Assembly (NCBI GenBank): GCA_964479005.1
Contig: CAYZJA010000002.1
Location: forward strand, 128,001 to 192,000
Length of the DNA stretch: 64,000 bases
Reading direction: 5' to 3'
Source of the DNA: an uncultured Candidatus Saccharibacteria bacterium
GTDB taxonomy: Bacteria; Patescibacteriota; Minisyncoccia; UBA6257
The notes beneath the pieces were generated by a model. The model ran no database searches, was not told where the DNA came from, and worked only from the letters and a program-made list of their open reading frames with translations. A program made the translations under genes and the position numbers. This document shows positions 36,796 to 47,110 of this stretch, one piece after another; position 1 is the stretch's first letter, and each line of letters opens with the position of its first letter.

Positions 36796-38238
36796 CGCGT
36801 CTTGAATTTTCTTTCGGGTTTCACTCATTTTAACAAATTCTAACCATGAGGAAGATGGTAACTTTCTTTTTTTAGTTATTATTTCTATTACTTCTCCTGA
36901 TTGTAATTTATAATCTAATGACACCAATTTGTCGTTAACCTTAGCTCCAGCAGCTTGATTGCCCACATCTGTATGGATTTGATAGGCAAAATCAATAGTG
37001 GTAGCTCCATCAGGAAGATCAATAATATCTCCTTTAGGCGTTAAGACAAAGATTCTGTCTTTGAAAAAATCAACTTTTAAAGAATTTAGAAATTCTTCGG
37101 AACTATAAAATTTCTTTTGCCACTCTCTCAACTGATTTATCCAATAGAAGTTTTTAGGAGGATTGAATTTTTTCCTTTTTTTATATTTTTTATCATCTTT
37201 CTGAGATCCATAAATCCAATGTGCAGCAATACCCCACTCTGCTTCTTCATCCATTTGCGGCGTTCTAATTTGGATTTCTACTATTTTTCCGTTTTTTGCA
37301 AAAACAGTAGTGTGAAGGCTTTGGTATCCATTAGGCTTTGGAAGAGCAATATAATCTTTAAAACGGCCTGGAACAGGTTTCCACATTTGATGAATAATCC
37401 CTAAAGCGCCATAGCATCCTTCTAAATTAGGCATAATAATTCTCATTGCCACCAAATCATAGATTCTTTTAATGTCCATATCTTCTTTTTGCAGTTTGCG
37501 CCAGATACTATATAGGTGCTTAGTTCGGAATTGTATTTTTTCAGGATTTAAATTATTTTCTTTTAGTTCTTTTTGCACCAAGGGAACTAATTCTTGAAGA
37601 TAATTTTTTAATTCCTCACTTCTTTTTCCTATTATTTTTTTGGTTAACTTATATTCTTCTTCATATACATATGGAAAAGCCAAATCTTCTAATTGAGCCC
37701 CAATATCTGACATTCCCAAACGGTAAGCTAATGGGGCAAGAATTTCCAAAGTTTCTAATGATTTTTTTCTTCTCTTTTTTGGTTCCAGTGGCCACAAAGT
37801 TTTCATATTATCCAATCTGTCAGCTAATTTAATAAGAATAATCCTTAAATCTTTTGCCATGGCCAAAATCATATTCCTAAAATTTTCTTTTTCTGTGTCG
37901 TCGTCTTCTTTGTATTTAATTTTATTAACCTTTGTTAATCCGTTAACTAAAAAGAATACTTCGTCATTAAACTGGGATTTAATTTCAGAGAGAGGGATTT
38001 CACAATCCTCAACAACATCATGAAGCACACTGGCAATCACAGCGTTGATACCTAATTTCATCTGGCTAATGGTTAGAGCTACTCGCAAAGGATGATTTAC
38101 AAATGGTTCTCCTGATTTTCTTTTCTGTTCAGAATGTGATTTTTCAGCAAATTCAAAGGCTTTTTCTAATAAATCTATTTCTCTTTCATTTGTAGAATTC
38201 TCAAGATTTTGAATTATTTTCTGCTTTAGGGACTTCAT
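36772..38238 (-). CDS. Short RelA/SpoT homologue ((p)ppGpp hydrolase HD domain plus synthetase domain; C-terminal regulatory domains reduced)
   Basis: HD motif region (HDVVEDC) and a RelA_SpoT synthetase region. At 488 aa it is much shorter than ~730-aa long RSH proteins. Confidence 0.75.
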   Translation of the reverse strand: MKSLKQKIIQNLENSTNEREIDLLEKAFEFAEKSHSEQKRKSGEPFVNHPLRVALTISQMKLGINAVIASVLHDVVEDCEIPLSEIKSQFNDEVFFLVNGLTKVNKIKYKEDDDTEKENFRNMILAMAKDLRIILIKLADRLDNMKTLWPLEPKKRRKKSLETLEILAPLAYRLGMSDIGAQLEDLAFPYVYEEEYKLTKKIIGKRSEELKNYLQELVPLVQKELKENNLNPEKIQFRTKHLYSIWRKLQKEDMDIKRIYDLVAMRIIMPNLEGCYGALGIIHQMWKPVPGRFKDYIALPKPNGYQSLHTTVFAKNGKIVEIQIRTPQMDEEAEWGIAAHWIYGSQKDDKKYKKRKKFNPPKNFYWINQLREWQKKFYSSEEFLNSLKVDFFKDRIFVLTPKGDIIDLPDGATTIDFAYQIHTDVGNQAAGAKVNDKLVSLDYKLQSGEVIEIITKKRKLPSSSWLEFVKMSETRKKIQDALKGKDSI

Positions 38239-40300
38239 AATTGCAATTACGATTAGAGCATTTTATTTTAGTTTTTGTTTCCACAAGAGGTTTACTGCAT
38301 TTAGGACAATTTTTCCCTGTAGGTTTATAAGAAGAAGCAAAATCACATTCAGGCCAATGCGAGCATGCATAAAACATTTGTCTTCTTTTATTTCTTTTCA
38401 TTATTATATTTCCAGTTTTACACTGTGGACATTTCATAGAGAATTCATTATTGATAGATTTAGTAAAGGAGCACTTAGGCCAATCAGAGCAGGCAAGAAA
38501 TTTGCCAAATCTTCCCAATTTTAAAACTAGATTATTTCCACACTTTGGGCATTTTTCTTTTGTTTCAACAACTGGCGATAGGTCTTCTTTAGAGACTTCT
38601 ACATATTTTCTTTCTAAGTTATCCTTAAATGGTTTATAAAACTCGCCAACCATATTTACCCAGTCTAATTTTCCTTCGGCAATATCATCTAATTTTTCCT
38701 CAATTTGAGAAGTGAACTTATAATCCACAATATCTGGAAAGTGTTTTACTAAAACATTATTTACCAGAACTCCAATTTCTGTAGGTATAAAAGATTTGCT
38801 TTTGTCTCTCATAACATAACCCCTATATTCTAATACAGATATGATGGGCGTGTAAGTTGAAGGCCGTCCAATGCCAAAACTTTCCAATATTTTTACTAAA
38901 GAAGCGTCATTGTAGCGTGGAGGTGGTTGTGTTAGATGTTCTTTTGGAGTGATTTTTTTAACTTTTAGTTTTTCCTGAGGATTTAAATGCGGTTTTTTTT
39001 GCAGATCTGATGGTTTAGAATAAGGATAAATACGGAAAAATCCATCAAAATCTAAATTGTAAAGATTATTTTTAAACAAATATTTATCTTGTTTGCCTTG
39101 GCATTCAACAGAAATTGAAGTTTTTTCTAAAATCGCAGAAGGCATTTGGCCTGCTAAGAATCTTGCCCAAATAAGAGTGTATAAAGACAATTCGTCTTTT
39201 GTTAAATATTCTTTTATTTTTTCTGGCGTATAAAACGGATCTGTGCAACGAATGGCTTCATGAGCTTCTTGGGCTAAACGGGAACGTTTTTTAAAGATTT
39301 GCGCTTGGGGTAAGGTATATTCTTTTCCTAAGTTTATTTCTAAAAAGTCATGGGCGGCTTTGAGCGCTATTGGAGAAAGATTTGTAGAATCGGTTCTCAT
39401 ATAGGTAATTAACCCCACAGGCCCTTTTCCTAAATTTTTTCCTTCATAAAGCGATTGCGCTAAATACATTGTTTTTTTAGCGGAAAAGTGAAGTAATTGC
39501 CACGAGGATTGTTGTAAAGTGCTTGTAGTAAATGGAGCGGCAGAATGGCGTTTTACTTTTTTTGTTTCTATGTCCAAAACATAAGCATCTCTTTTTTCTA
39601 AATCTTTTTTAATTTTGCGTACTTCTTTTTCTGATTTAATGCCTGGCTTAGGAAGAGGTTTATTGTTAATTTTATGTAAATCAAATTCAAATTCATTATT
39701 GTTTTCTTGTTTTTCTAATATTGCGGAAATACTATAATATTTTTCTTCTTTAAAAGATTCTCTTTCTTTTTCCCTTTCAACAATTAATCTCAAAGCAGGT
39801 GATTGCACTCTGCCGGCAGATAATCCCCTAAATATTTTTTTCCATAAAAACGGTGATAATTCATATCCTACCAAACGGTCTAATATTCTCCTTGTTTGTT
39901 GAGCGTTTACTAAGTCTAAATTAATATTGCGCGGATTTTTAATAGCGTTTTCTATAGCTGGTTTGGTAATTTCATGAAAAGCAATCCTTTCAAATTTTTT
40001 TCCTTCAATCTCAAGGGCTTTGGTTAAGTGAAACGCAATAGCTTCTCCTTCTCTATCTTCATCCGGCGCTAATATTATTTGATCGCTTTTTTTAGCGAGT
40101 TTCTTGAGCTCATTTACTTTTTTTCTTGCTCTTACCGGAATAATATAATGCGGAGCAAAATTATTTTCTATATCAATTCCTAATTTAGATTTAGGAAGAT
40201 CACGAATATGCCCATAACAAGCAACAACTTTATAACCCTTTCCCAAGAAATGGGAAATATTTTTTGCTTTTGTGGGTGATTCAACAATAACCAGTTTCAT
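38201..40300 (-). CDS. topA: DNA topoisomerase I
   Basis: Toprim N-terminus (MKLVIVESPTKAK), the catalytic core, and three C-terminal Cys4 zinc ribbons. Start placed at the MKLVIV Met. Confidence 0.9.
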   Translation of the reverse strand: MKLVIVESPTKAKNISHFLGKGYKVVACYGHIRDLPKSKLGIDIENNFAPHYIIPVRARKKVNELKKLAKKSDQIILAPDEDREGEAIAFHLTKALEIEGKKFERIAFHEITKPAIENAIKNPRNINLDLVNAQQTRRILDRLVGYELSPFLWKKIFRGLSAGRVQSPALRLIVEREKERESFKEEKYYSISAILEKQENNNEFEFDLHKINNKPLPKPGIKSEKEVRKIKKDLEKRDAYVLDIETKKVKRHSAAPFTTSTLQQSSWQLLHFSAKKTMYLAQSLYEGKNLGKGPVGLITYMRTDSTNLSPIALKAAHDFLEINLGKEYTLPQAQIFKKRSRLAQEAHEAIRCTDPFYTPEKIKEYLTKDELSLYTLIWARFLAGQMPSAILEKTSISVECQGKQDKYLFKNNLYNLDFDGFFRIYPYSKPSDLQKKPHLNPQEKLKVKKITPKEHLTQPPPRYNDASLVKILESFGIGRPSTYTPIISVLEYRGYVMRDKSKSFIPTEIGVLVNNVLVKHFPDIVDYKFTSQIEEKLDDIAEGKLDWVNMVGEFYKPFKDNLERKYVEVSKEDLSPVVETKEKCPKCGNNLVLKLGRFGKFLACSDWPKCSFTKSINNEFSMKCPQCKTGNIIMKRNKRRQMFYACSHWPECDFASSYKPTGKNCPKCSKPLVETKTKIKCSNRNCNYEVPKAENNSKS

Positions 40301-40301
40301 A

Positions 40302-41351
40302 TTATTTGTTTTTAATGTAGTTTCCTCCATCTGTATTTTTAATAAACTCTTTTAATTCTAAAGTAGTGAGAATAACAAGAGTCTCTTTAGGGGAAAGATT
40401 AGAGATTTCTATAATTTTGTCAATAGCAAGAGAATTTTCCTTAGGCAGAAGTTGGTAAATTTTTTCTTCTTGTTTATTGTCAAATTTTAAGCTTGGAGAG
40501 TCTTTTATTATTGGTAAAGTATATTGAATATTTAATTCTTCAAAAATATCTTCAATTTGGGAAACTAACTTTGCCCCTTGCTTAATCAAATTATTGGTTC
40601 CAATAGAGTTCTTATTGAATATTGAGCCGGGAATAGCAAAAACCTCTCTGTTTTGTTCTAATGCAAATTGCGCAGTGATTAAAGCACCGCTTTTCTCCGG
40701 AGCCTCTATTACCACAGTAGCCAAAGAAAGACCGCTGATTATTCTATTGCGCCAAGGAAAGTAACGCCTTAAAGCAGGAGCTTCTAAAGGATATTCAGTA
40801 ATTATCGCGCCATGTTTGGCTATTTCTTTGGATAATCTTTTATTGCTATAAGGATAGATATTGTTTAATCCTGATCCTAAAACAGCGATTGTTTTTCCTT
40901 GGTTTTCTAAAGCAGATTTATGGGCTATAGTATCAACGCCATAAGCTAGACCGCTTACGATAATAAAATTATGACGCGTTAATTCTTGTACTAATTTTTC
41001 TGTAACCAATTTTCCGTACGCGCTTATTTTTCTTGTTCCAACAATGGCTATACGCGGCGCTTCTTCAGGAATTTCTCCTTTAATATAAAAAGATGAAGGA
41101 GAATAAGATATTTCTTTTAATAAGTCCGGATATTTATTATCCGAAGAAATAATAAAACCAATCTTTTGTTCTTCTATTTCTTGCCATTCTTTATAAGGAT
41201 CAATATCTTCTTTTTGGCTAACGCTTAATTTTTCCCAAGCGCTTTTAAAAGTTTGGCTGGAAGATAAAAGAGGAAATAACTTAAGGAAGTTATTTTTAAA
41301 AGCTACGTTAAGGGCATTCAAATAAATCTTTTCTTCATGGTGGGGCATCAT
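40302..41351 (-). CDS. dprA: DNA processing protein DprA/Smf
   Basis: Rossmann-like DprA core (GLAYGVDTIAHKSALENQGKTIAVLGSGL) and a C-terminal winged-helix-like tail. Confidence 0.85.
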   Translation of the reverse strand: MMPHHEEKIYLNALNVAFKNNFLKLFPLLSSSQTFKSAWEKLSVSQKEDIDPYKEWQEIEEQKIGFIISSDNKYPDLLKEISYSPSSFYIKGEIPEEAPRIAIVGTRKISAYGKLVTEKLVQELTRHNFIIVSGLAYGVDTIAHKSALENQGKTIAVLGSGLNNIYPYSNKRLSKEIAKHGAIITEYPLEAPALRRYFPWRNRIISGLSLATVVIEAPEKSGALITAQFALEQNREVFAIPGSIFNKNSIGTNNLIKQGAKLVSQIEDIFEELNIQYTLPIIKDSPSLKFDNKQEEKIYQLLPKENSLAIDKIIEISNLSPKETLVILTTLELKEFIKNTDGGNYIKNK

Positions 41352-41427
41352 ATATAAATTATATCACAGCATTATTATTCTGTCATTTTTATTGTTTTTT
41401 CCTTAATGTTGAGATATACTAAATCTA

Positions 41428-41961
41428 ATGGGAGATTTCAAAAAGAGATTAATTTTAATTCTAAGCATTTCCCTATCTATCATTTTAGTCCTTGGTGGAT
41501 TATTTTATTATTTTTACGATGATGTTTCGAAAAGAGTAGTAAAGATTAATTCCTACAGGCAGGAACTTGCTTCCCGAGCGTCAATTCTAAACAGGATTTA
41601 TGTATTAGAACAAGAACATACAAAATCCTTGCCGTATTTTGGAAAATTGACAGAAGCTTTGCCAACTGAAACAGAAATGGTTAACCTAGAAGAAGTTTTG
41701 AAAAATTTAGCCAGTCAAAATGATCTAAATTTAAGCTTTCGATTCGGACTGTTAAACGAAGCAACTGAACAAGAGCCAAAGAGTTATAGTTTCAATTTAA
41801 TTCTTACAGGAGAGAAAAACAATGTTTTAAAATGGATGGATGGTTTGCAGAAATTAAATTATACAATTCGCGTGGACCAAATAGAATTAAGCCAAACCAG
41901 TTCTGGCGGAGGCAAATTTTATTATAGTGTAAAAATTTTAGGAAGAGTTTATCTTCGTTGA
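41428..41961 (+). CDS. Hypothetical bitopic membrane protein (PilO/GspM-like fold possible)
   Basis: N-terminal TM helix; no motif. Confidence 0.4.
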   Translation: MGDFKKRLILILSISLSIILVLGGLFYYFYDDVSKRVVKINSYRQELASRASILNRIYVLEQEHTKSLPYFGKLTEALPTETEMVNLEEVLKNLASQNDLNLSFRFGLLNEATEQEPKSYSFNLILTGEKNNVLKWMDGLQKLNYTIRVDQIELSQTSSGGGKFYYSVKILGRVYLR

Positions 41962-41971
41962 GAATCTAAAT

Positions 41972-42187
41972 ATGTTTAAAAAGATTTACCAAAACTTAAA
42001 AAAGAAAAATTTATTTTTTTTGGCTGGAGGGTTAGTAATTATTATTGCTTGCGGTTTTCTGATAGTTTTTAGTTTGACTTTTTTAATAAAAAATATTAAT
42101 TTTGTATTAAAGCCAATTGCTCCGGAAAACTCTTCAATACATTTTGATATTTCTGAAGCAGAAAGGTTGTTTTTGCAAGATAAATAG
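41972..42187 (+). CDS. Small hypothetical membrane protein
   Basis: 71 aa with one TM helix. Confidence 0.3.
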   Translation: MFKKIYQNLKKKNLFFLAGGLVIIIACGFLIVFSLTFLIKNINFVLKPIAPENSSIHFDISEAERLFLQDK

Positions 42188-42194
42188 TTTTTAC

Positions 42195-42266
42195 GGGCGA
42201 CTAGCTCAGTGGTAGAGCGCGTCTCTGATAAAGACGAGGTCACAAGTTCGATCCTTGTGTCGCCCA
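42195..42266 (+). tRNA. tRNA-Ile (GAT)
   Basis: GGGCGAC-TA-GCTC-AGTGGTA-GAGC-G-CGTCT-CTGATAA-AGACG-AGGTC-ACAAGTTCGATCCTTGT-GTCGCCC-A. Confidence 0.85.
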
Positions 42267-42281
42267 CAATTTTCCTCCATC

Positions 42282-42357
42282 GGGCCCGTAGCTTAATTGG
42301 TAGAGCGCCTGTGTTGCATACAGGAGGTTGTCGGTTCGAGTCCGATCGGGTCCACCA
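42282..42357 (+). tRNA. tRNA-Ala (TGC), G3:U70, CCA encoded
   Basis: GGGCCCG-TA-GCTT-AATTGGTA-GAGC-G-CCTGT-GTTGCAT-ACAGG-AGGTT-GTCGGTTCGAGTCCGAT-CGGGTCC-A-CCA. Confidence 0.85.
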
Positions 42358-42488
42358 CGTTAGACGTGGTCCACCACGTTAAACGTGGTGGACTTCAAAA
42401 TTTCTCCTTGCTTGACTAAGCTATATCTTATATAATAGAAGTATAAAAATTAAAGGTCGATAAAACTAAAATTTAAAATATAAAAAAT

Positions 42489-43172
42489 ATGTTTAATACT
42501 ATAGCTCAAGCTAGTTCCACTGCTTTGTTTGATTTATGGAATGGATTCATTTTGTTTTTACCTACTTTAATAGGAGGGTTTATAGTTTTTATTGTAGGTG
42601 TAATAATTGGTAATGGTATTGCCCAATTAGTAGAGAAATTGATTGATCTCTTAAAAATTGATCCAATTTTGGAAAAGGTTGGATTTAAACAAGTTACTGA
42701 TAAAGCTGGCATTCGTTTAGACGTAGGATTTTTTGTAGGTCAGATTGTCAAGTGGTTAATTATCCTGTCGTTCTTAGTGGCTGCTTGCAATATCTGGAAT
42801 TTGTCAGCTGTTGGTGATTTTATCAGAAGCATAGTTAATTATCTTCCAAATGTTTTAGTCGCGATCTTGATTCTTTTAGCGGCTATTGTTTTGGGAGAAT
42901 ATTTTGCTAAGTTTGTCCGCGCTTCTGTCGCAGGAGCTGGATTAAAATATCAGCACTTTCTAAGCGGTGTATCCCGTTGGGTATTTGTTATATTTGGACT
43001 CATAGCAGCTTTATCTCAATTACAAGTTGCTCCTTATATTATCAATACCTTCTTTACGGGAATTGTGGCTATGATGGCAATAGCCGGAGGTTTGTCATTC
43101 GGTTTAGGAGGAAAAGATTTAGCACGTGAATTATTGGCAAAGTTGAAAGGAGATTTAGAAGGAGGAGAGTAA
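42489..43172 (+). CDS. Membrane protein with two conserved-TM-helix repeats (MscS-like TM_helix type, tentative)
   Basis: Two similar halves, each with paired TM helices. No cytoplasmic MscS domain. Confidence 0.45.
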   Translation: MFNTIAQASSTALFDLWNGFILFLPTLIGGFIVFIVGVIIGNGIAQLVEKLIDLLKIDPILEKVGFKQVTDKAGIRLDVGFFVGQIVKWLIILSFLVAACNIWNLSAVGDFIRSIVNYLPNVLVAILILLAAIVLGEYFAKFVRASVAGAGLKYQHFLSGVSRWVFVIFGLIAALSQLQVAPYIINTFFTGIVAMMAIAGGLSFGLGGKDLARELLAKLKGDLEGGE

Positions 43173-43175
43173 GAC

Positions 43176-43203
43176 TTGACAAATTATTTTTCTTTGCTAT
43201 AAT
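43176..43203 (+). promoter_or_regulatory. Sigma70-type promoter P1 (TTGACA-16 nt-TATAAT) upstream of 23S
   Basis: Consensus hexamers read directly from the sequence. Confidence 0.6.
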
Positions 43204-43287
43204 GGAAGTGCTGTTGTCTTGAGGTATATAGCTTGCTATATATTAAAGGGCAGCAGCATTTTTTTATACACAAAACTCAATAAGGGG

Positions 43288-43315
43288 TTGACTTTTAAAA
43301 AATATTTACTATAAT
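43288..43315 (+). promoter_or_regulatory. Sigma70-type promoter P2 (TTGACT-16 nt-TATAAT) upstream of 23S
   Basis: Near-consensus hexamers read directly. Confidence 0.55.
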
Positions 43316-44129
43316 TAAAATACTTCTATTTTAATTGCAACGTTCTTGATTTATAATCAGAAAGTTGCAATAATAAGAAGGCTGAATAAAATATGAAAAT
43401 CTTTAAAGAAAACTCTCAGAAACAAAGAAGTTGGTAGGTGTATTACACACGTATTTTAACGCCACCACTTCATGGTGGCTTTTTTAATCCAAGATTTTCT
43501 GACAGAGAGTTCACAAGAGATGACTGAACTTTGAAAACGACTGTCTTTAGTTTGTCTTTTCACTAAAGATGGGAAAGTTGTATTAAGGGCAGATGGTGGA
43601 TGCCTTGACACAGTAAGGCGATGAAGGACGCGGCGTAGCTGCGATAAGCCTCGGGAAGGTGCGTAGTAACCTTTGATCCGGGGATTTCCGAATGGGGCAA
43701 CCCATTCCGATTAATATCGGAATATCCTGATTTTAATAATTAGGAGGCGTACCTGGGGAAGTGAAACATCTCAGTACCCAGAGGAAAAGAAAACAATAAA
43801 ATACATTTTACTACTGTTGTTTAGTACTGAATAGTAGCTAAATGTATTTGTGATTCCTTGAGTAGCGGCGAGTGAAAGAGGAGAAGCCTAAACCAAGCAT
43901 TCAATTTATTGAGTATTTGGGGTTATAAGGTGGATGCGCGGAAGCTTCGGCTTTCAAAATTTAAATCATAATTAATTAAATTATCTGGAAAGATAAACCA
44001 CAGAGGGTGAAAGTCCCGTAGATGAAAATTATTATTGAATTTAGTATCTTTTCTTAATTACCTCGGGGACAGATAACCTTGAGGGAAGGATCCGGAACTA
44101 TACCGGAAAGGCTAAATACTTACTGTGAT

Positions 44130-44175
<46 letters not shown>

Positions 44176-45733
44176 GAGGGGAGTGAAATAGAACCTGAAA
44201 CCATTTTGCCTACAAGCAATCGAAGTCGAGCACTCAGTTTTCTGAGTGCTGGATAACGGTGTGCCTATTGAAGAATGAGCCGACGAGTTTATATCTACTG
44301 CTTAGATTAATTTCGTAAATCGAAAGTAGTCATAGGGAAACCGAGTGTTAATAGCGCGTCATTAATTCTTCTTTTTATCTCGGTTTTCGGGATAAAAAGA
44401 TTAATTAAAATGTAGTGGATATGAGACCCGAAGCCAGGCGAGCTTGCCATGACCAGGATGAACCCCATAGAAATATGGGTGGAGGTCCGAACCCGTGAGC
44501 CGTTCAATACTCTGGGATGAGTTGTGGTAAGGAGTGAAAAGCTAATCGAGCCTGGGAATAGCTGGTTCTCCCCGAAATAGCTTTAGGGCTAGCGGGCTAT
44601 TTATCCTTATGGGGGTAGAGCACTGGATGGTGTGTATAGGGCGAAAGCTCAGCTCACCAATCAAACTCCGAATACCATTAAGGTTATGATAGCCTAGTTA
44701 GACTATGGGGGCGAAGCTCCATGGTCAAAAGGCAACGAATCCAGATCGCAGTTTAAGGTCCCTAAATTTTGGTTAAGTGCTGTCAAAGGTAGTAATTTAC
44801 CATAGACAATTAGTAGGTTGGCTTAGAGGTAGCCATCCTTTAAAGAGTGTGTAACAACTCACTATTCGATCTTGATCTTCGGATCAAGGTGGTAAATTGC
44901 GCCGAAAATGTATCGGGGCTAAAACCAAATACCGAAAACGCGAATTTATCCCAACTAAGGTTGGGGTGAGTGGTAGGGGAGCGTTTCTTAAGCATTGAAG
45001 TTCATAACGTGAGTTTGGATGGAGCTTAAGGAAGTGAGAATGTCGGCATGAGTAACCACAATCCTGATGAGAATTCAGGACTCCGTAAACCTAAGGTTTC
45101 TTTGGCAATGACAATCAGCCAAAGGTTAGGCGGTCCTAAGGCAATGGCGAAAGCTGCAGCCGATGGACAGCCGGTTAATATTCCGGCCCTTCCATTTTTT
45201 TCGATGGGATGACGGAGTGTAGTAGATCGAGCATCTTAGTGGTCTGATGTCTTCGACCGAGAGTGTGTGTCAGGCAAATCCGGCGCATGGTCCCGATTTA
45301 TCGGGACAACTTTCAGGGTAGAAGCGAATTAAGGTTTTTCCTTAATAAGTTGATCGAGCGCACTTCCAAGAAAAATCTCTAAGAATAGGAAAATGGAATC
45401 CGTACCGTAAACCAACACAGGTAGGTGAGGCGAGTAGCCTCAGGAGAACGAGTGATTCCTCGTTAAGGAACTCGGCAAAAAAGCGGGCGTAACTTCGGGA
45501 TAAGCCCTTCCTACCTAAATTTTGCTTGCAAAGTTTAGGCAGGGCGCAGCGAAAGTTTCCCTGGCGACTGTTTACCAAAAACACAGGTCCCTGCGAAACC
45601 GTAAGGTGATGTATAGGGGCTGATGCCTGTCCGATGCCAGAAGGTTAAGAGCGTCGGTCATTTCGATTTATCGGAATGGCTAAGTGCTTGAAGCCCTGGT
45701 CAATGACAGCGATAACTATAATCGTTCTAAGGT

Positions 45734-46449
45734 GGGATACTGCCTTAGTAAAATTCGGCTATATGCTGGAACATCTGGTGTATCCAAGACTACTATGGTA
45801 TAATATGACCATAAAAATATGAGTTATAATATACCAAGTAACAATGTTTTTGGCGCAGACAATCAGCAGGAAAGACTCAGAATTGCTTATTGGATTTTAG
45901 GCTTTACTGATGGTGAAGGATGTTTTTCAATTGCTGTGATAGAGAACAAAACTACTAAATTTGGGAAACAGATTTTTCCTGAATTTGTAATTACACAAGG
46001 AGAAAAAAGTTTAACTGCATTAAAGAAAATTAAAAAATTCTTTGGTTGCGGAAACATTTTTATCAACAAACGATATGATAATCATAATGAGAACTTATAT
46101 CGTTATTGTGTACGTTCTTTACATGACTTAGATAAGAAAATAATTCCGTTTTTTGAAAAATATCAACTCCAAACGTATAAGCAAAATGATTTTTTAATTT
46201 TTAAAAAAGTCATAAAATTCATGATAAAGAAAGAACATTTAACTGAAAAAGGCAGAAAGAAAATTCTTGTCCTCCTCAGTAAAATGAACCATAGAAAAAA
46301 GCGATTTTGAGAATCCTCAGAGACTATATGCCGAACTCCAATATTATATTGGAGAAGATATAGTCCGAACTGCATAGCGATATGCAGAAATAAGCAGAAA
46401 TGTTTATTCGACCTTTAGATTGATTTTCTAGAGGTTAGTAACAAAATTG
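45734..46449 (+). mobile_element. Group I intron in 23S at the I-CeuI-type site (E. coli ~L1923; ...CTAAGGT^AGCGAAATTCC...)
   Basis: Exon sequence resumes exactly with AGCGTAATTCCTTGTCGGGTAA. The intron follows an exon U and ends with G. Confidence 0.75.
45819..46310 (+). CDS. Intron-encoded single-motif LAGLIDADG homing endonuclease
   Basis: LGFTDGEGCF motif. 163 aa, entirely inside 23S intron 1. Confidence 0.8.
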   Translation: MSYNIPSNNVFGADNQQERLRIAYWILGFTDGEGCFSIAVIENKTTKFGKQIFPEFVITQGEKSLTALKKIKKFFGCGNIFINKRYDNHNENLYRYCVRSLHDLDKKIIPFFEKYQLQTYKQNDFLIFKKVIKFMIKKEHLTEKGRKKILVLLSKMNHRKKRF

Positions 46450-47110
46450 AGCGTAATTCCTTGTCGGGTAATTTCCGACGTGCATGAAAGGTATAACGAC
46501 TGGGGAACTGTCTCAACGAGGAGCTCGGTGAAAATGCGTGTCCAGCGAAGACGCTGGGTACCCGCAGCAAGACGAAAAGACCCTAGAAGCTTTACTACAG
46601 CTTGGTATTGAATTTAGTTTTAATCTGCGTAGCGTAGCGGGGAGACTTTGAAGTTTCGCTTTCGGGCGAGATGGAGTCGCCAATGAAACACCCGTCTTTT
46701 TGAAGCTATGTTCTAATCCCGACGGCAAAAACGTCGTGAGACAGTGCCTGGTGGGTAGTTTTCGTGGGGCGCGATCCTCCTAAAGAGTAACGGAGGAGCC
46801 TACTAAGGTTGGCTATCTGCCAATGGAAACGGCAGAGGTAGTGTAAAGGCAAAAGCCAGCTTTATAGTGAGGGAGACATCCCAAACTATTGCGAAAGCAG
46901 AGCTTAGTGACCCGATACGTCATTGTAGAATGCGTAGAGACGTCGGATAAAAGCTACTCTAGGGATAACAGGCTGGTGGAGCCCGAAAGTTCATATCGAC
47001 GGCTCCGCTCGGCACCTCGATGTCGGCTCATCTTATCCTGGGGCTGAAGAAGGTCCCAAGGGTTTGGCTGTTCGCCAATTAAAAAGATACGCGAGCTGGG
47101 TTCAGACCGT

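Noticed and set aside
40302-41351. MMPHH as a genuine conserved N-terminal peptide shared by DprA and ComFC
   Set aside because: The shared sequence extends upstream of the ATG (AATTTATAT...), so a nucleotide-level element is the more economical explanation. It is reported as a finding instead of a protein motif.
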